DNA of 64,000 nt from Dipteris shenzhenensis. Lineage: Eukaryota. Below the pieces are notes generated by a model that worked only from the letters and a program-made list of their open reading frames with translations, did not search any database and was not told the DNA's origin. The translations under genes and the position numbers were made by a program. Position 1 is the first letter of the stretch; every line of letters begins with the position of its first letter. This document shows, in pieces, positions 12,451 to 26,160 of the stretch. Location: assembly GCA_047967505.1 (NCBI GenBank), contig CM106538.1, one strand, 5' to 3'.

Positions 12451-15400
12451 ACATCAACACCCACAAGGGATTGGAGCTTTCTATCTCCACAAACACCTTG
12501 CTACTCATGGGTTTCTCGCATTCAAAGTTGCATGTCAAGGCTCACATCGTACCACAATGGAGTTGCACTTCCTTTGAGCAAAATTGTATGAGCAAGGATT
12601 TATGGGCGATTCAAGATTAGCAACACACTCAAGGAGTGTTTAGTAGAGAAACTACCTTAGAAATTCATTCTATCTCTTCATTTTCATTTTGGAGTGTTTA
12701 GTAGAACACAATTTGTTAACTATTTCTAGAGTGTTGAGTGTTTAGTAGATTGAATTTTATAGCTTTTCTATTCTATTAAGTAAGCACAATTAAAAAGCAT
12801 AAACAACCAAGGCTTTTACAATGACCCAATAATTAAATATTGCACTTCCATAAAACCATATCTTATTATCCCTCCGGTCCATAGAGTCTTTGAATCACTT
12901 TTTGTGGACCTCATTAGAAGCTTCATGGATGATAATCAATGATTATTTCAATAAAAAGTAAAAAATCTACTAAGACTAAATATATTATATGACTATTTTT
13001 ATACTCTTAAAAATTAAAATCAGAATTTAAGGCTCTAAATGATATATTTTATAACTCATAACCTTGTAGAAGCGCTCAAATGGCCTTTTCCAATTTTAGT
13101 GGCTAAATGATTATTTTTTTACATTGGATGTGAGAGTTATGACATTTTTAAAAATGTTGTCCAAGCTTGGCCAATGAAACTACCTTAGAAGGCTTCCTAC
13201 TACAAATGGCTTTCTTTGGAGAAACCCCCATGAAAAGGGGTGATGAGAGCATTCCTCAAAGTCCAAGGTATTTTCATGATGAATCTACTTCCTTCAAATG
13301 AGTTTCTCTCGAGAAACCCCCCATGAAGAGGGGTTATGAGACATTTTCTTCATAGGAGTTATGAGGGGATTTTCTATGAGAAACCCACTCTGCATGTGGG
13401 TTTTTTCAAAATCCTTTCCATCCTAGTATCCACCATGCCTAACATCATTTTCATTATTAGATGAAGCTCTCCATCTTTAAGCCAAAATCTATGGACAGAC
13501 ATTTAGTTTCTCTGAGAAGCGTGGTTTTAGTAGCATACCCTAATATGCCTTTCTCTGAAGTAGAAATGTGAAATTTTTGTCCTTCTCTCAGATGCTTGGA
13601 GGTTTTTGCTTAGAAAAGGGCCACCTCCTATGACAATTATGGAATCCAAGGACTTAAAGTGATTCAAATAATTGTTTGTATTCAAAAAGTCACCAACTCA
13701 CAATATCTCTTCCATTGATCATAGGAACAAAGACTTGCATATCACTACCATCTTGGAAGTGTAGCTCAGCCTTCATTGCAAGAGTGAGATACCCAACCAC
13801 GGATGAGAGATGAGAACGCAAACAAGGAGGAAGGGCCAGAATATTAGTGTAGTTTATTAAGTACACGAGCATTATCTAGCTTAATAGAAGCTAGCTACAT
13901 TACTCAAGTAAGAGTGATTAACGACTCACCTCAAATGTAACTACATCCTAATGGAGTTGTCATCCTTATTCTCAAGCTAGTCAAAGAGATCTTAAGTAAT
14001 ATGTGCATAATCATAGTTATACTTATCCTTGGTTGGCATACAACTAACCACATGAGCCTACAACAACAAGAGTTTTCCAATGAGAAGAGAGAAGGAAAAG
14101 AATAGGTATGAAAAAGGACATAGACCAAACAAAATGCATTAACTGACAAGATAGTAAGTAATAACGATAATTACAAAATATGCTATGAAGTAACCCTTTT
14201 CACCACTCCCAAAATGAAAACGTATGGCTTTTTGTGTGCTTTCTATTCCTACCGGCTCCACCTATCATGGTCTCTCTTATGCTCATCCTTTAAGATACAT
14301 GAGGAGGGTGTGATAGTCTATCTTTCCCCTTATCTTGGAACTCTGCTTGCATGCAGTTTAACATCCACCTCCTATTAAACTATAGGTGCTAAGGCACAAG
14401 AAACTCTCTATGGAGCGAATCTATGGCATGGTTCTGGTCTTCAACAAGTTGTCTTCTCCAATCTTTAAATATGTCCATGTCAAAGATAATACTTATTATC
14501 TATTGCACCTATGACATGGCATGAGATCCTCTATCATCCTCTATGATCTATTTCATGTCATCCACATGGGAACCTCATAACAAGGTGTCCAAATGGTGTC
14601 CTCAAGACCATTGTTGGTGTGGTTGATTTCTAACATCACTCTGAGGGTCATGGTGCATGACAGTCTTAGGGCACGATGCACGATAGGGGTAGGGGTGGGT
14701 GATTGTCTCGGTATCAAGGTGTGGCCATCCCACTTGTTGGTCACATATCATGGTAGTAGCTAACACATGCGGGCTCAACAGCCTTAGTGAGCCCTCCGCA
14801 ACAAGTGCCCTCTCCATGGTCCACAGTTGTCCTAGTCATCCTCTTGTCCTCTCTACAACCATGATGTGGAGTGACCCTCAATGACATCTCAGTGTCTAAT
14901 GGTGGAAACTACAGTCATGTAACACCAAGTCCCTAGTGCTTATGTGATTCAATAGCATATCCTACTATTGCAATCAAAGCCAACTATAAAACTCAATAAG
15001 CTGCTCATGACTTCGTCTGAGTTAGATGAGCATGAATAGGTTGAGAGGAGGATTCTGACCCAAATGACCTATGGGACAACATAGCTATACACATGAAAAA
15101 ATATATATAAATAGGACCCCTACATTGACATGTTTTTCCAATGAAAGAAACTTGACATGAGTCGAAGAAATAGGTGAGAAAGAGATTATGCACCTCACAA
15201 AAGAGAGAATATAAAGATCTGCCCTAAACAATGATAAAGAATAGATTAAGATACCTACCAAAGTAACACAATGACGTCCTTATACTTATATATTACAAAG
15301 AATAAGTGAGGAGCATAGGATAGCAACAAGCTACAAGTTGAAAGGACAAAGGTAAGCAACCTCCATCTTTCTCCATCTCTTTCTCTCTTCCATGCAAGTC

Positions 15401-16345
15401 AGCCATCTGTACTAATAATAAGAAAGTCATTCCCTTGACTTTCACAACCTTGTAACTCTCTGCTTCTGTGCAAAGAACTAACTCACTCCACTCTTTCTTT
15501 CACTCATGGAATCTACTCAGATTGTGATCTATGAGAAAAAATAATTCACTTGGTCTTCAAGAATAATAAATAAAGCAAATACCTAGACAAATTGTCTCCT
15601 TTGTTTCCTTATAAATAGTTTGATTAGATCTGATTTCTTTTCCTCTTTCTTTGTCTATCAGAAATAGGATGGAATGAGTGAATGAAGGGAGAATTAAGGG
15701 TCTCTTATGTAGTTTTTCTTAACCTAGATTACCCTCCTCCAAAACTTTTAGGGTAAATTTCAACTTGTATTTAACCATACATTAGATGGATGCCAGAACA
15801 TAGAACCTTACCAAATCTTAGTATGTGGAACCCATCTAGAACCTACTTGAAACATGAACCAAGATTTCTTAGATTTTTACTCTCATTGGTTGCTAGAAGC
15901 AAGAACACCCTCAATAAAGAACTCAAAATTGGCACTTGGTTTTTAAAATGCTTGTAGGGCTATGCCCATCTTTTCTCTTTAATAAATTGCCCCTTTTTCT
16001 CAACAAAAAAAAAGAATAAAATCTTGAAATTGGAACTTGAGACATGGGAACCCCTAACTTGGAACTAGGATGAATCACTTTAGCCCAAGTTCTACATAAC
16101 CTCAAGTTAGGTTGATCTTGAGTTATGTTAATATTAAATTAAAGTAACCCACAGTTTAGTAAACTCATGGTCAAATCTAAATCAATATCTAGCTAATCCT
16201 AGTTAACTAGATGAACATCAAGTCATTTAAACCACACACAAATTCAATCAATATTCCATAGGATATCCTTTGCTTAAGTCCATACATGCAATGACTTTGG
16301 GTCCAACCTTGGGTTAAATTGAGCCAAATATGGACCAACATTTTG

Positions 16346-19300
16346 TCGATCGTTACTTTTAATACTTGTTGATTCTATTGTAACAACTTCTAGGTGCTTG
16401 TTTTAATCCGTTGAGTCTTTTCTTGAGATGGAAAACTTTACTCTCTTTCCTAGTTCAACATAACCTGCTAGTTGTTGCATGTAGACTTCCTCTTCTAGGT
16501 AACCATTGAGAAAAACATTCTTGACATCGAGTTGGTACACATTCCACCTACTAAGTGTCGCTAGTCATATCAAGAATGGTATGGAATCCATCTGTGCTAC
16601 TAGAGCATAAGTCTCATCGTAGTCCTAACCATATTACTGTGCAAATCCTTTTGCAACTAGTCTAGCTTTATATCTTTCAATGCTTCCATTTGGATTGTAC
16701 TTCAATTTGTAAACCCATTTGTTTGCTATTTCCTTATTTCGTGGTGGAAGGTCAGATAATTTCCAAGCATTTTTTTTGTACAAAGCTTCAATTTCTTCAT
16801 TCATAGCAATTTGCCATTCTGGCTTGTCAACTGCGTCTTCAAAGTACAATGGCTCTTTTGTAGCCATGATGGTAGTCATAAGAGCATAATTGGTGGTTTC
16901 AACTTGGATTGCTTTGCCTTTCGGAGCATATGTCAATCTGGCTAGTGGTCTACTTTCCCTAGTAGACCGTCTGAGTTGTTGTTACTCTTCTCAGGGTGCT
17001 TCTGGCAATTCTTGCCCTTCTTTATCAACCCTTTTTGTGGGTGACTGAGTAATCGATGTGTCTATCTCCTATGTATTTGAGGTTTTCCATTCTAATTCCT
17101 CATCAAAGATTACATCTCTGGAGATGATGACCTTTTGGTTGATGGGATCATACAACTTGTATGCTTTCTTGACTATAGCCAGCCATGATGCATTTGCGAG
17201 ACTCTGCATCCAATTTTTTGTGATGGTTGTCATGTATGTAGGCATATGCTATGTAACCAAATATGCAGAGATGCCCAATGTGTGGCTTGTGTCCAATAAA
17301 TGCTTCATAAGGTGTCATACCCTGAATCGATTCGTTCGGTCGCAAGCCAATTAAGCAAGTAGTTTGTAGTGGCAATCGCTTCTGCCCAATAGTAATTCTG
17401 AAGATGCTTCTCACTGATCATTGCTCTAGCATTGGTTGCTAAAGTAACGTTCTTCCTTTCAGCTCTTGCATTCTGTTGAGGAGTATCTACACATGTGAAT
17501 TGTCTTTGAATGCCATTACTTCTGCAAAAGTTCATGAATGCTGAAGACATTTATTCACCTCCTCTGTCTAATCTCATGACTTTGATCTTTCTTCCTGTTT
17601 GTTTTTCTACCATGGCTTTTAATTCTTGAAATTTGGAAAAGACTTTAGATTTCTCTTTCAAAAAGTAGACCCAACAATATCTGTTGTATTCATCAATGAA
17701 AGTCAAGTAGTAAAGTGAACCATTGATGCTATGGGTTTGGGCATAACCCCATACATCTGTGTGTATCAAATAAAGAATACCTCATACTCAAGAGGTGCTT
17801 TTGTTGAAATTGGTACGCTTTTGTTTACCAAAGTAGCATGCTTCACAAACATTTCCAAGAAACTGAAGTTTTGGAACTCCAATTGCCATATTCTGATTTT
17901 TGAGCTCTATCAAGCTTTTGAAATTGATATGTCCATATCTCTTGTGTCATTTTGCGAAAAGTGGCATTTGTTGTTGCAGTTGAGCTGACATGGCATGCAA
18001 ATTTGGTACAGAAGCTAGTATTCTAAATAAGCGTCCTTCCTACTACCTGATATCCTTCGGATTTGTCTCTGATCGTGCATTCATCTCCATCAAAGATGAC
18101 TTGATAGTTGTGTTCTGTCATTTGACCACTTGATAAGAGGTTCTTGCTGAGTTTCGAAACATAGAGTACATCTTTCACCAATCATTTCGTACCAATGAAT
18201 TGTTCATAGGGACAATGCCTTTCCCTTGAACTAGATTTGGTATATTATCTGCCATGTAGATGACATTCTTATGTCCTTCTAATGGTTTCATCTCTATGAA
18301 CCATTCCCGATGTTTTGTCTTAAGAGATGATGCACCGTTATCAATGTACCAAAGATCCTAATCTGGTTGATCGACTTGATAATTGCATTCTCCTTTTGGA
18401 TTGTAATCTATGTCAAGATACACTATTTCAATCTTCTGCATATGCTTGCTTGTAAGAAACATGTTCTCAGGTTCATTAGCATAATGATTGTGACTTGAAT
18501 GTCCACCATGATGATTTTCTCTTCCGTGGAAATTCCCTCAATTGCTACTGGATTGACTGCCTTGGTTGTACTACTTCTTGCAGCAATCTCTTTCACAGTG
18601 TCCAAACTTATGACAATAGTTGCACTAAATGTTTGACACATTGGTGGATGCATTCCCTCATCCTTAGAATCTTCCTCGGTTGGAAGGATTTCCTCTTTGC
18701 TGATGCTGATGTTGCTAAGGATGATGCTGATGCTGATTCTCACTTTGTTGTTGATGATGACCACTTTGCTAAAATGATCTACCTCTATTGTGCCTCTACT
18801 TCTATCTGAATCTATGAATCCTTGATCATTGGAATGACCTTTGCGTGTGTGAATGGCTTGCATCCTAATTTCTTCACCAAGGAACACTGGTTGGAGCACT
18901 TCAAGTGTTGGAATTCGCCATTGAATGGCAATACTCTGGATTCCCATATCCCTCCATTCAAGATGACTTTTTTTATTTTTGTGGGACTCATGGTCTCTCC
19001 TACTGTGTGAGTTGATTGTTGTAATCCTTGATCATGAGTACGTAAGCATGACCTATTTCACTGCTATTATGGAAACTCTAGAATCCTAGAAGTGTTCTTG
19101 GACTCATAAAGAGCTGCGAACATATCCCATGCTTCTTTTGATGTCTTGACTGTGTTGAGTTGACAACTTGCACATTTTTCTTGATCAAATGATATGCATA
19201 TTTGTCTTTCTTGTCCCATTCTACCTATGCTCGGGCAATGGCAGGATCTGCTACAGGTGCGAACATTGTTGGTGCAGCTATAGATCTTATTGTAGATCCC

Positions 19301-19489
19301 ACTGGTAGCAATGGGTGGGGTAGAGCTACTATTGGCTAGATCAACCAATGGTCTAGGTGTAGATCCATTGGCATACTACCATTTGTCCTAAAGTACAAGA
19401 ATGGTCTCCATTCGTTATTTCCATGTGCCATGATTGGAGTTGTCTAGCTTAGCAGATGCCTCCAAATTGGCGTTGCTAGTCATAGACAT
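16346..19489 (-). pseudogene. Copia gag-pol polyprotein, degenerate
   Basis: ORF-track fragments 16634..16936, 17148..17414, 17305..17550, 17551..17769 and 19067..19348 carry RT, integrase and gag motifs. Confidence 0.9.
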
Positions 19490-20820
19490 TGTGCAAGAAA
19501 TGTACTCAAAGTATTTGTGAAATAACTATCTAAATCAACAGTAATATACTGACAGTATCAAATGAAATATGAACTATTGGTGAAGATAGAGCTGTAATAT
19601 ATAATCCAATATGTTACAAGGCTTATGGCAAATGATTTTGGGAATAGCCAAGAGGCTTTACAAGGCTTGAATAAAGTGCACGATGCCAGAAAATAGCCAA
19701 ATAGGTTTTATAATGATGGCATGTGTGTGTGAAATCAAATCATGTGCTATCTTCCCACTGAACAATCAGTCAATGCATATGAACACTCTGAAGTCTGCTC
19801 ACTGTTTCAGGAAATGTGATGATGTAAAACCACATGTGAGCGAAGGGGCTGACTCCGAGTAGGAACTATTTAGGAATTTTTGGGCATGGCTTTGATTGGC
19901 TTTTGCGGATTATCTCATGTAAGGATGATCTAATCTACTCTGAACTAGATCTAGGCCAACTGTTGAGCGATGTAAAAGCAATAAATAATCCCTTTTCTTT
20001 GTTCATTTTAGGTGCTTAGTCAAATGCGTTGATGTAGAGGCTGATGTGCATGTAAGAAGTGGATTTCTCATCAAGGCTCAAAAGTGTGTAATACTTGAGC
20101 CGAAATGTGTGTGTTATGTGACAACCGCATAGAGCACAAAAAATCAAGCATTTTTTCTTTTTGGAGTGCCCTCAAATTCTCCTAGATCAAGAGACATGGC
20201 TTGATCTATGTAGAGGGGCAAAAAGGGTGCTAGTGATGATGTGGCAAGGTGAGTCAAATGCAGAGGTGTGCCTGCTGCCAAGAGTTGTGCTAGTGGAGCA
20301 ATTGTTTACTTGGCAACTGTGTTCACATGTAGTGCCTATGAAGAGGCTAGTGTGCTTAGCAGGAGACTACCACATGGCAGTGCTAAGTTGGTAGTGATTA
20401 TTTGGCATGATGCTCAGGGATGCTGACATGGCACCTGATGTGGTACTTGACTTGGTCAAAGGATGGCATGGTAGTCGGTGCTGAGTTGGCAAGATAAGAT
20501 GATGTGGCACCTTTGGATGGGTTGCTGATGTGGTAGAGGGTAGGGTGCCACGTGGTGATTCTTTCACCACCCTCTCTTGTGTGGTGACCTTGGGATAAGG
20601 TATGTGCCATGTGTCGATTGGAGGTCTATCGAAATCTTTTTCGATGCTTACTTAATCTTTTATATTCTATTACTGGCGTGAACTCCGTCAATTCATGAGC
20701 GGGGCTACGTGTTGGAGAAGTCGACTGCAGTTGGAGAAGCAAGATGGAGGTCAGCTGCATGTGGACTCGGTTGGGACGTTGAGTAGTTTGCGCAATATGG
20801 AGTTGTGGGAGGCCGTTGGC

Positions 20821-21173
20821 TGTTACGTCAACCATAATCCCAGAATCATGTATTGTGATTGTGGTTTGGCGGGAAACCAGAGGGCTTGACGGTGCTTGCA
20901 TACTATGAGGCCAAGAGGGTTTGGGTCTAGGGTCACGCCTAGGCCTAGACATTAGTTAAGAGGTGCAAAGGGGAGACCATGAGGGGGCTAGAAGGGTAAG
21001 GTCCCTTGTGGGACACATGGCACCAAAAGAGGAGGCCACTTTGCAAGTATTGGGCTAGGGGGAGGTTTCCAGAGAGAGATCTCAAGGGTGATGAAAAAGG
21101 AAAGAGTGGGATCAGTGTGAAACCGTGGCTGGGTGGAATCGGTAGAAAGCCCTCTTATCCAGGAGTTGTAACA
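20821..21173 (+). repeat. 5' LTR (353 bp)
   Basis: Direct repeat of 23603-23966, followed by the PBS. Confidence 0.93.
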
Positions 21174-23602
21174 TTGGTATCAGAGCTGGTCATGATCGAT
21201 TGAGTGGAGACATCAGTGGAGAGCGTCAATAAAAGCTGGCTGTTGTAGCCTTTCAGAAATCTGATTTCGAGGTCACGTTACATTGGTATCTGAAGCTCTC
21301 GACTCCCGAGTCCCAACCTTGGGCTTGAGCCTTAAATGGTATTGCAAATAATAGTATCTACATTGCGCAGCTGCCTCACGAAGGCTATCAGAGATTGAGA
21401 GATGCTTTACAATATCGTTCGGCAAACTGGTTACTACAGCAGCCCACGAATCGGCGCGATGTTCTCCAATTGATCACTCTGCGTAGTGCTTAGGACTTAG
21501 TCTCCCTAAGTCTGTGAACCCAGCCTCGTAACGCGAGCTCATACTCACTGTATCTCACAGTCATTTCAGGAGATAAGCTGCAATTGCTGCGCACAGTACA
21601 TAGCTTGCTTAGCCTTGCTATTCTCTAAAATCTGCTATTCTCTAAAATCTGCAGGCCTGAGTGATGGCGCAGAGTCCAGACTCCAGAAATCAAGAAGACG
21701 AGATGCAATGATTTTCAAACTGCGACGTGCCACATCATCTAAGGTCTTTGGACCTTTAGCAAAAGCCACGTCATCCCCTCTTTTTGCCCCCTCTCTACAC
21801 CCTTTCTACATTCTAAGCTTCCCTTTTAACATTCTAAGCTTCTCTATAAAAAATTTAAAAAAAATCCCAAGGCCCATATCATTTTCTTCTCTAAGCCTCG
21901 CCAAACGCAAAGAAGAAGAAACTAAAAGCGGAATTTCAAAATTCGAGGTCGAGGGAAGTAAAAGACCGGAATTGAAAGGCGAGTCTGTGAATCAAAGAAA
22001 GCAAGACGACTTCAAAGACAAATCCAATGCCTCGAACAAATGCCACAGAAGTGCGCATCGCATTTTTCTCTTTGATATAAAGTGTTTTGCTTTATTATTT
22101 CTAGAAAGTATGCATTTTTTATAAATGACAACTTCAAGAAAGGGATGAAATGATTAGAGAGGCCGAGGAAAGGGCTAGAAAGGGATAAGCAATAGTTGGA
22201 GAGGAAATACATGAGGAGGTATAAACTGAAACTCAAGAGGATAACATGGAAATGGAGGACATTGACTATGGTGATTATGGAATTCCATATACAGAATTCA
22301 CTAAACTTGGAACATATAGAAACACAGCTAGGAGTTATAAGTGAAACACTCAAAACCCTAGCTAAAGCTATAACTAAGATAGCCGATTAGAGAAACCTCG
22401 AACATCCTTAAGGACTTGAAACCGCCAATTTTCAAGGGGAAGAAAAGGAGCGTAATAAAGATGCGATTAATACGTTCTTGCAAAAGTGGCAAGACTTCCA
22501 CCGACTCAAGAATGCACCTCCTGAAAATCAAGCCGTGGAAGAAAGTCTTTCCCTTGGAAATAAAGCCTATAAATGGTGGATGAGCCTCAGGGAGAGTGAT
22601 AGAATTCCTAGGTATTGGACTGAGTTTGAACAAGCCTTCCTAAAAGAGTTTTTAACGGAAAATGAATTAGAAAGAGCATGGAAGGCTTGGGACATATACA
22701 AACAGGTCGACCAGTGGCTTTTGAAAGCAAAAAGTTAGATCGTGCCCAACAGAATTTCTCAGCATATGAGAAGGAACTATATGCTATAGTCTATGCTTTA
22801 AAAAAGTAGAGGCACTACTTATATGGTGCAAAATTTGAGATCATTTTTTATCAAGAGAGCATTAAGTGGATTTGTAATCAGCTAGAGCTTAAAGGTAGAA
22901 AAGCTAGATGGGCTGAGTTAATGCCAGATTTTGATATACAATTGACATATAGGAAAGGGAAGTTCAATGTGGTAGCAGACTCTCTTAGCCAAATGCCAAT
23001 TGTTATTGAATTGAGTTTTACTCAATTTCAGAATGATTTCCTAGAGTCCTTAAAGAAGAAATGTGAGTTTGATCCTCACTTCTCTAAATATGGAATGCAA
23101 TTAGAAATAGGGATCCAACTAATCTAGAGGCTTTCACTGAGGAGTCGCATAGAGTAAATGAGAAAGTCTTCCTTAAGGTACCTGAATCTTCAAAATCTCT
23201 AAAGACAGGTAAATGTCTGAAGTTGTCTCCTAGCTATTGTGGACCATTCACAATACTTAAGAGGATTGGAGAATTTGCTTACAAATTAGCCTTACCTGAG
23301 GGATGTAGAGTACATCTAGTTTTTCATGTTAGAAGGCTAAAAAGAAAGTTAGGAGATGATGATAATCTCATTGGAAATGAAGTCCTAGTTGAACTCATTA
23401 AACCTACAGCTTTACCACATGAACTAGAAAGAATTTTAGATAGACAAGAAAAAATAATGCGACACACAATATGGCAAGAATGTCTGGTTAAGTGGAAAGA
23501 TAGACCTGAAGACAGCTCAACATGGGAAAGGGTAAGCAATCTCTAGAGGAGGTTTCCCAATTTTGTTTTTGAGGACGTAAACCATTCTTAAGGGGAAGGG
23601 AA

Positions 23603-23966
23603 TGTTACATCAACCATAATCCCAAAACCATGTATTCTGATTGTGGTTAGGCAGGAAACCAGAGGGCTTGATGGTGCTTGCATACTATGAGGCCTAGAGG
23701 GTTTGGGTCTAGGGTCACGCCTAGGCCTAGACATTAGTTAAGAGGTGCAAAGGGGAGCCCATGAGGGGGCTAGAAGGGTAAGGTCCCTTGTGGGACACAT
23801 GGCACAAAAAGAGGAGGCCACTTTGCAAGCATTGGGCTAGGGGGAGGTTTCCAGAGAGAGATCTCCAGGGTGATGAAAAAGCAAAGAGTAGTCACGATAT
23901 GGGGATCACTGTGAAACCGTGGCTGGGTGAAATCAGCAAAAAGCCTCTTATTCAAGAGTTGTAACA
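23603..23966 (+). repeat. 3' LTR (364 bp)
   Basis: Direct repeat of 20821-21173, preceded by the PPT. Confidence 0.93.
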
Positions 23967-25429
23967 TTGGTAATGGCAGAAGAAGTCACAGGAGCTTCAA
24001 GGTCGAGGCTGTTGACGACTGTGGCTATGCAAGAAGCCTGGAGACGGGTGCTGCAAGGACGTAGGGAGCACCATTTGCTAGAGCATGGAGCTGAGTAGAA
24101 GTTAGGAGCCTAATGGATGGCAGTTCGTCTTGTGAAAGTTGTCTACTAGTAACTGGTATTGATGTTGTAGGAGCCAGGAGCGTCCAGCCATTGCTGCATA
24201 GGACTCATTGGAGGTTGCTTATAGGGGCTCGTCATATGAGCCATTGGAGCCGACATATCTAGATTTTATCTGTTCGTAGCGGACTGGAACCAGATATGGC
24301 GGTCAGTGATAGAGGCGATGGCGGCTAGTTGTCATCAAAAGATGCTGCAAGTTTGCTTATTACTTTGGCTGCACTGAGTAGAGCATGCAGATGAGCCATC
24401 AATGCAGAGAAGGCGTTGGAGAGGCGGCTATTGAAGGCAGGCGGTGAATGGAGCTGAGAGCTGCAGATCGAGGCTATCGTGGAGCTAGGTAGTGGCGCTG
24501 ACGGGTGTGCATGAGGCTTCCAAGAAGGCCAGTGATGCTGGATTCTGCAGCGCATTAGGAGACATCACGGTTGAGAGGCACTTGTAGCTCACAACCCATA
24601 GCTCAATTTGTTGGAGACACTAGAAGCTGTTGTAGTCCGTCAAGGCAAAGTCGTGGGAAGCCTGGCTATGCCTTTGGAGGATCTCTACTGCTTAGGTTGT
24701 AGATAGCCACCTGTAGCAGCTTAGGTAGGGCTTTAGATAGGCAATAGCCTGGTAGAAAAGAAATATATATTTTCTCTTTCTTTCTTAGAACATTCCTCAC
24801 AGAGAGTACAGTGAGAATAGAATGGATTTTCTCTCATAAACTTCTCAAACTAATGAAAATATCTCTTACAATGGAGAAATAAAAGAATGAACACCTCTCA
24901 ATTAAAGGAAATGGACAGAAATCTTCTTTCATCAACGGAATAAAAGATGAAACACTCGATCTCTCAATCTCTCCAACTCAATATCACACACAATGAACGG
25001 AAATTTTCTTTCAATGGATGGATTTCTCTCTACGGAAGTGAACAGAAGGAACTCATGATCACTCAAGATAACTCTCAATCACTCTCTCTTAAGGATCGCA
25101 ATGCCTCAGTAGAAGGCAGGGATGCTCTGATACCATGACAAAATATGAAGAGGGAAGAGGAGAAGAGTGGAGATGAGGAGAGAGAGCACATCTAGAGAGC
25201 ACACCACAAATGACTAATTGTACATTAGATTTAGTTGAAAATGTAGAATATATCCAAAACCCTTTCAGGGTTAGGGTTAAGGTATCTAGCCCTTTCCTTT
25301 ATAACACTCTATTGGGTTAGTGCTATGAACATATCTAATACATGATGTTGAGATGGTTTCTCAACAAAGCCTCCTCCTTTGGCTGACTTATTAATACAAA
25401 CCCTCATTTTTGGGGGGGAAAAAACATGT

Positions 25430-26160
25430 AAGTACATAATTCTTAACACATGCACCATGCGTAGTAAAAAAATGAGAAAATGCACATGTACCATAATAAA
25501 AATCTATGATCCTTATGAAACTTTGAGAATATATAGACCTTACTCATTCAAAGTTCTAAGCAAAATTTCATGACTAGTCACATACATATATGATATAAGC
25601 ATACCGATGAGCAAAATTTCTTAATAGGTGTACCATGCATGGTCAAAAATGAGAAACTAATCATACATCGCCATACAAAGAATGTCTAACCTTATGAAAA
25701 TTTGTGAATATATTGAGCTTATTCAAAAAATGGGATATACAAAGATGACCATTAGACACATATACCTATGGCATAAGTGTACTAATGCACAAAGTTTTGG
25801 CACTTATGCACCATGCATGGTCAAGATGACCAAGTATGAATGTCCCATCATAGAAACTATATTGGAAACTTTGCAAGTATATAGACCTTACTAAAACCAA
25901 AAATAATAATAACCATCGTACACATACACCAATGCACAATTTTTTGGCACTTAGCAACATGACTAGTTCAAAATAAGAGAAAGTGCATGCCCCACCACAA
26001 AGTATGTTCACAACATATGAAACTTTGTGAGGATATAGAACTTACTAACATAGTACAAAACATATACACATATACCCACCAATGCACAATTCTTTACAAA
26101 TGTGGGACAAATGTGCACCATCCATGGTAAAAAATGAGAACATGTGCATGTTCCACATAC
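25430..26160. repeat. Degenerate tandem array, about 5 units of 150-180 bp
   Basis: TGCACCATGCATGGTCAAAATGAGAAA...TATGAAACTTTG..ATATAGACCTTACT recurs at ~25451, 25630, 25807, 25955 and 26114. Confidence 0.8.

Larger units (their letters stand above)
20821..23966 (+). mobile_element. Internally deleted (non-autonomous) Ty3/Gypsy chromovirus, 3146 bp
   Basis: LTRs 20821-21173 and 23603-23966 (TGTTAC..GTAACA). PBS TGGTATCAGAGC at 21175-21186. PPT AAGGGGAAGGGAA at 23590-23602. Flanks TTGGC/TTGGT (TSD with 1 mismatch). Remnants of gag (AYKWW), RNase H (RPVAFESKKL..YEKELYA), GPF motif and chromodomain (LVKWKDRPEDSSTWE). Confidence 0.93.
16346..25306 (-). mobile_element. Ty1/Copia LTR retrotransposon, 3'-truncated within RT, with a nested Gypsy element in its leader
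   Basis: PBS TGGTATCAGAGC at 25124-25135; LTR from 25136 to about 25306 (right end tentative). Gag starts near 19489. Zinc knuckle, protease (WYIDNGAS), integrase (IHTDVWG, DRGGE, TPQQNARAERKN) and RT ([31 protein letters not shown]) occur in Copia order. No 3' LTR is seen. Confidence 0.88.

Noticed and set aside
23967-23975. TTGGTA after the 3' LTR as another PBS (tandem element)
   Set aside because: The match ends after 5-6 nt and is better explained as the TSD (TTGGC/TTGGT).
25265-25282. TCAGGGTTAGGGTTAAGG as an interstitial telomere repeat
   Set aside because: Only one perfect hexamer, inside an LTR.
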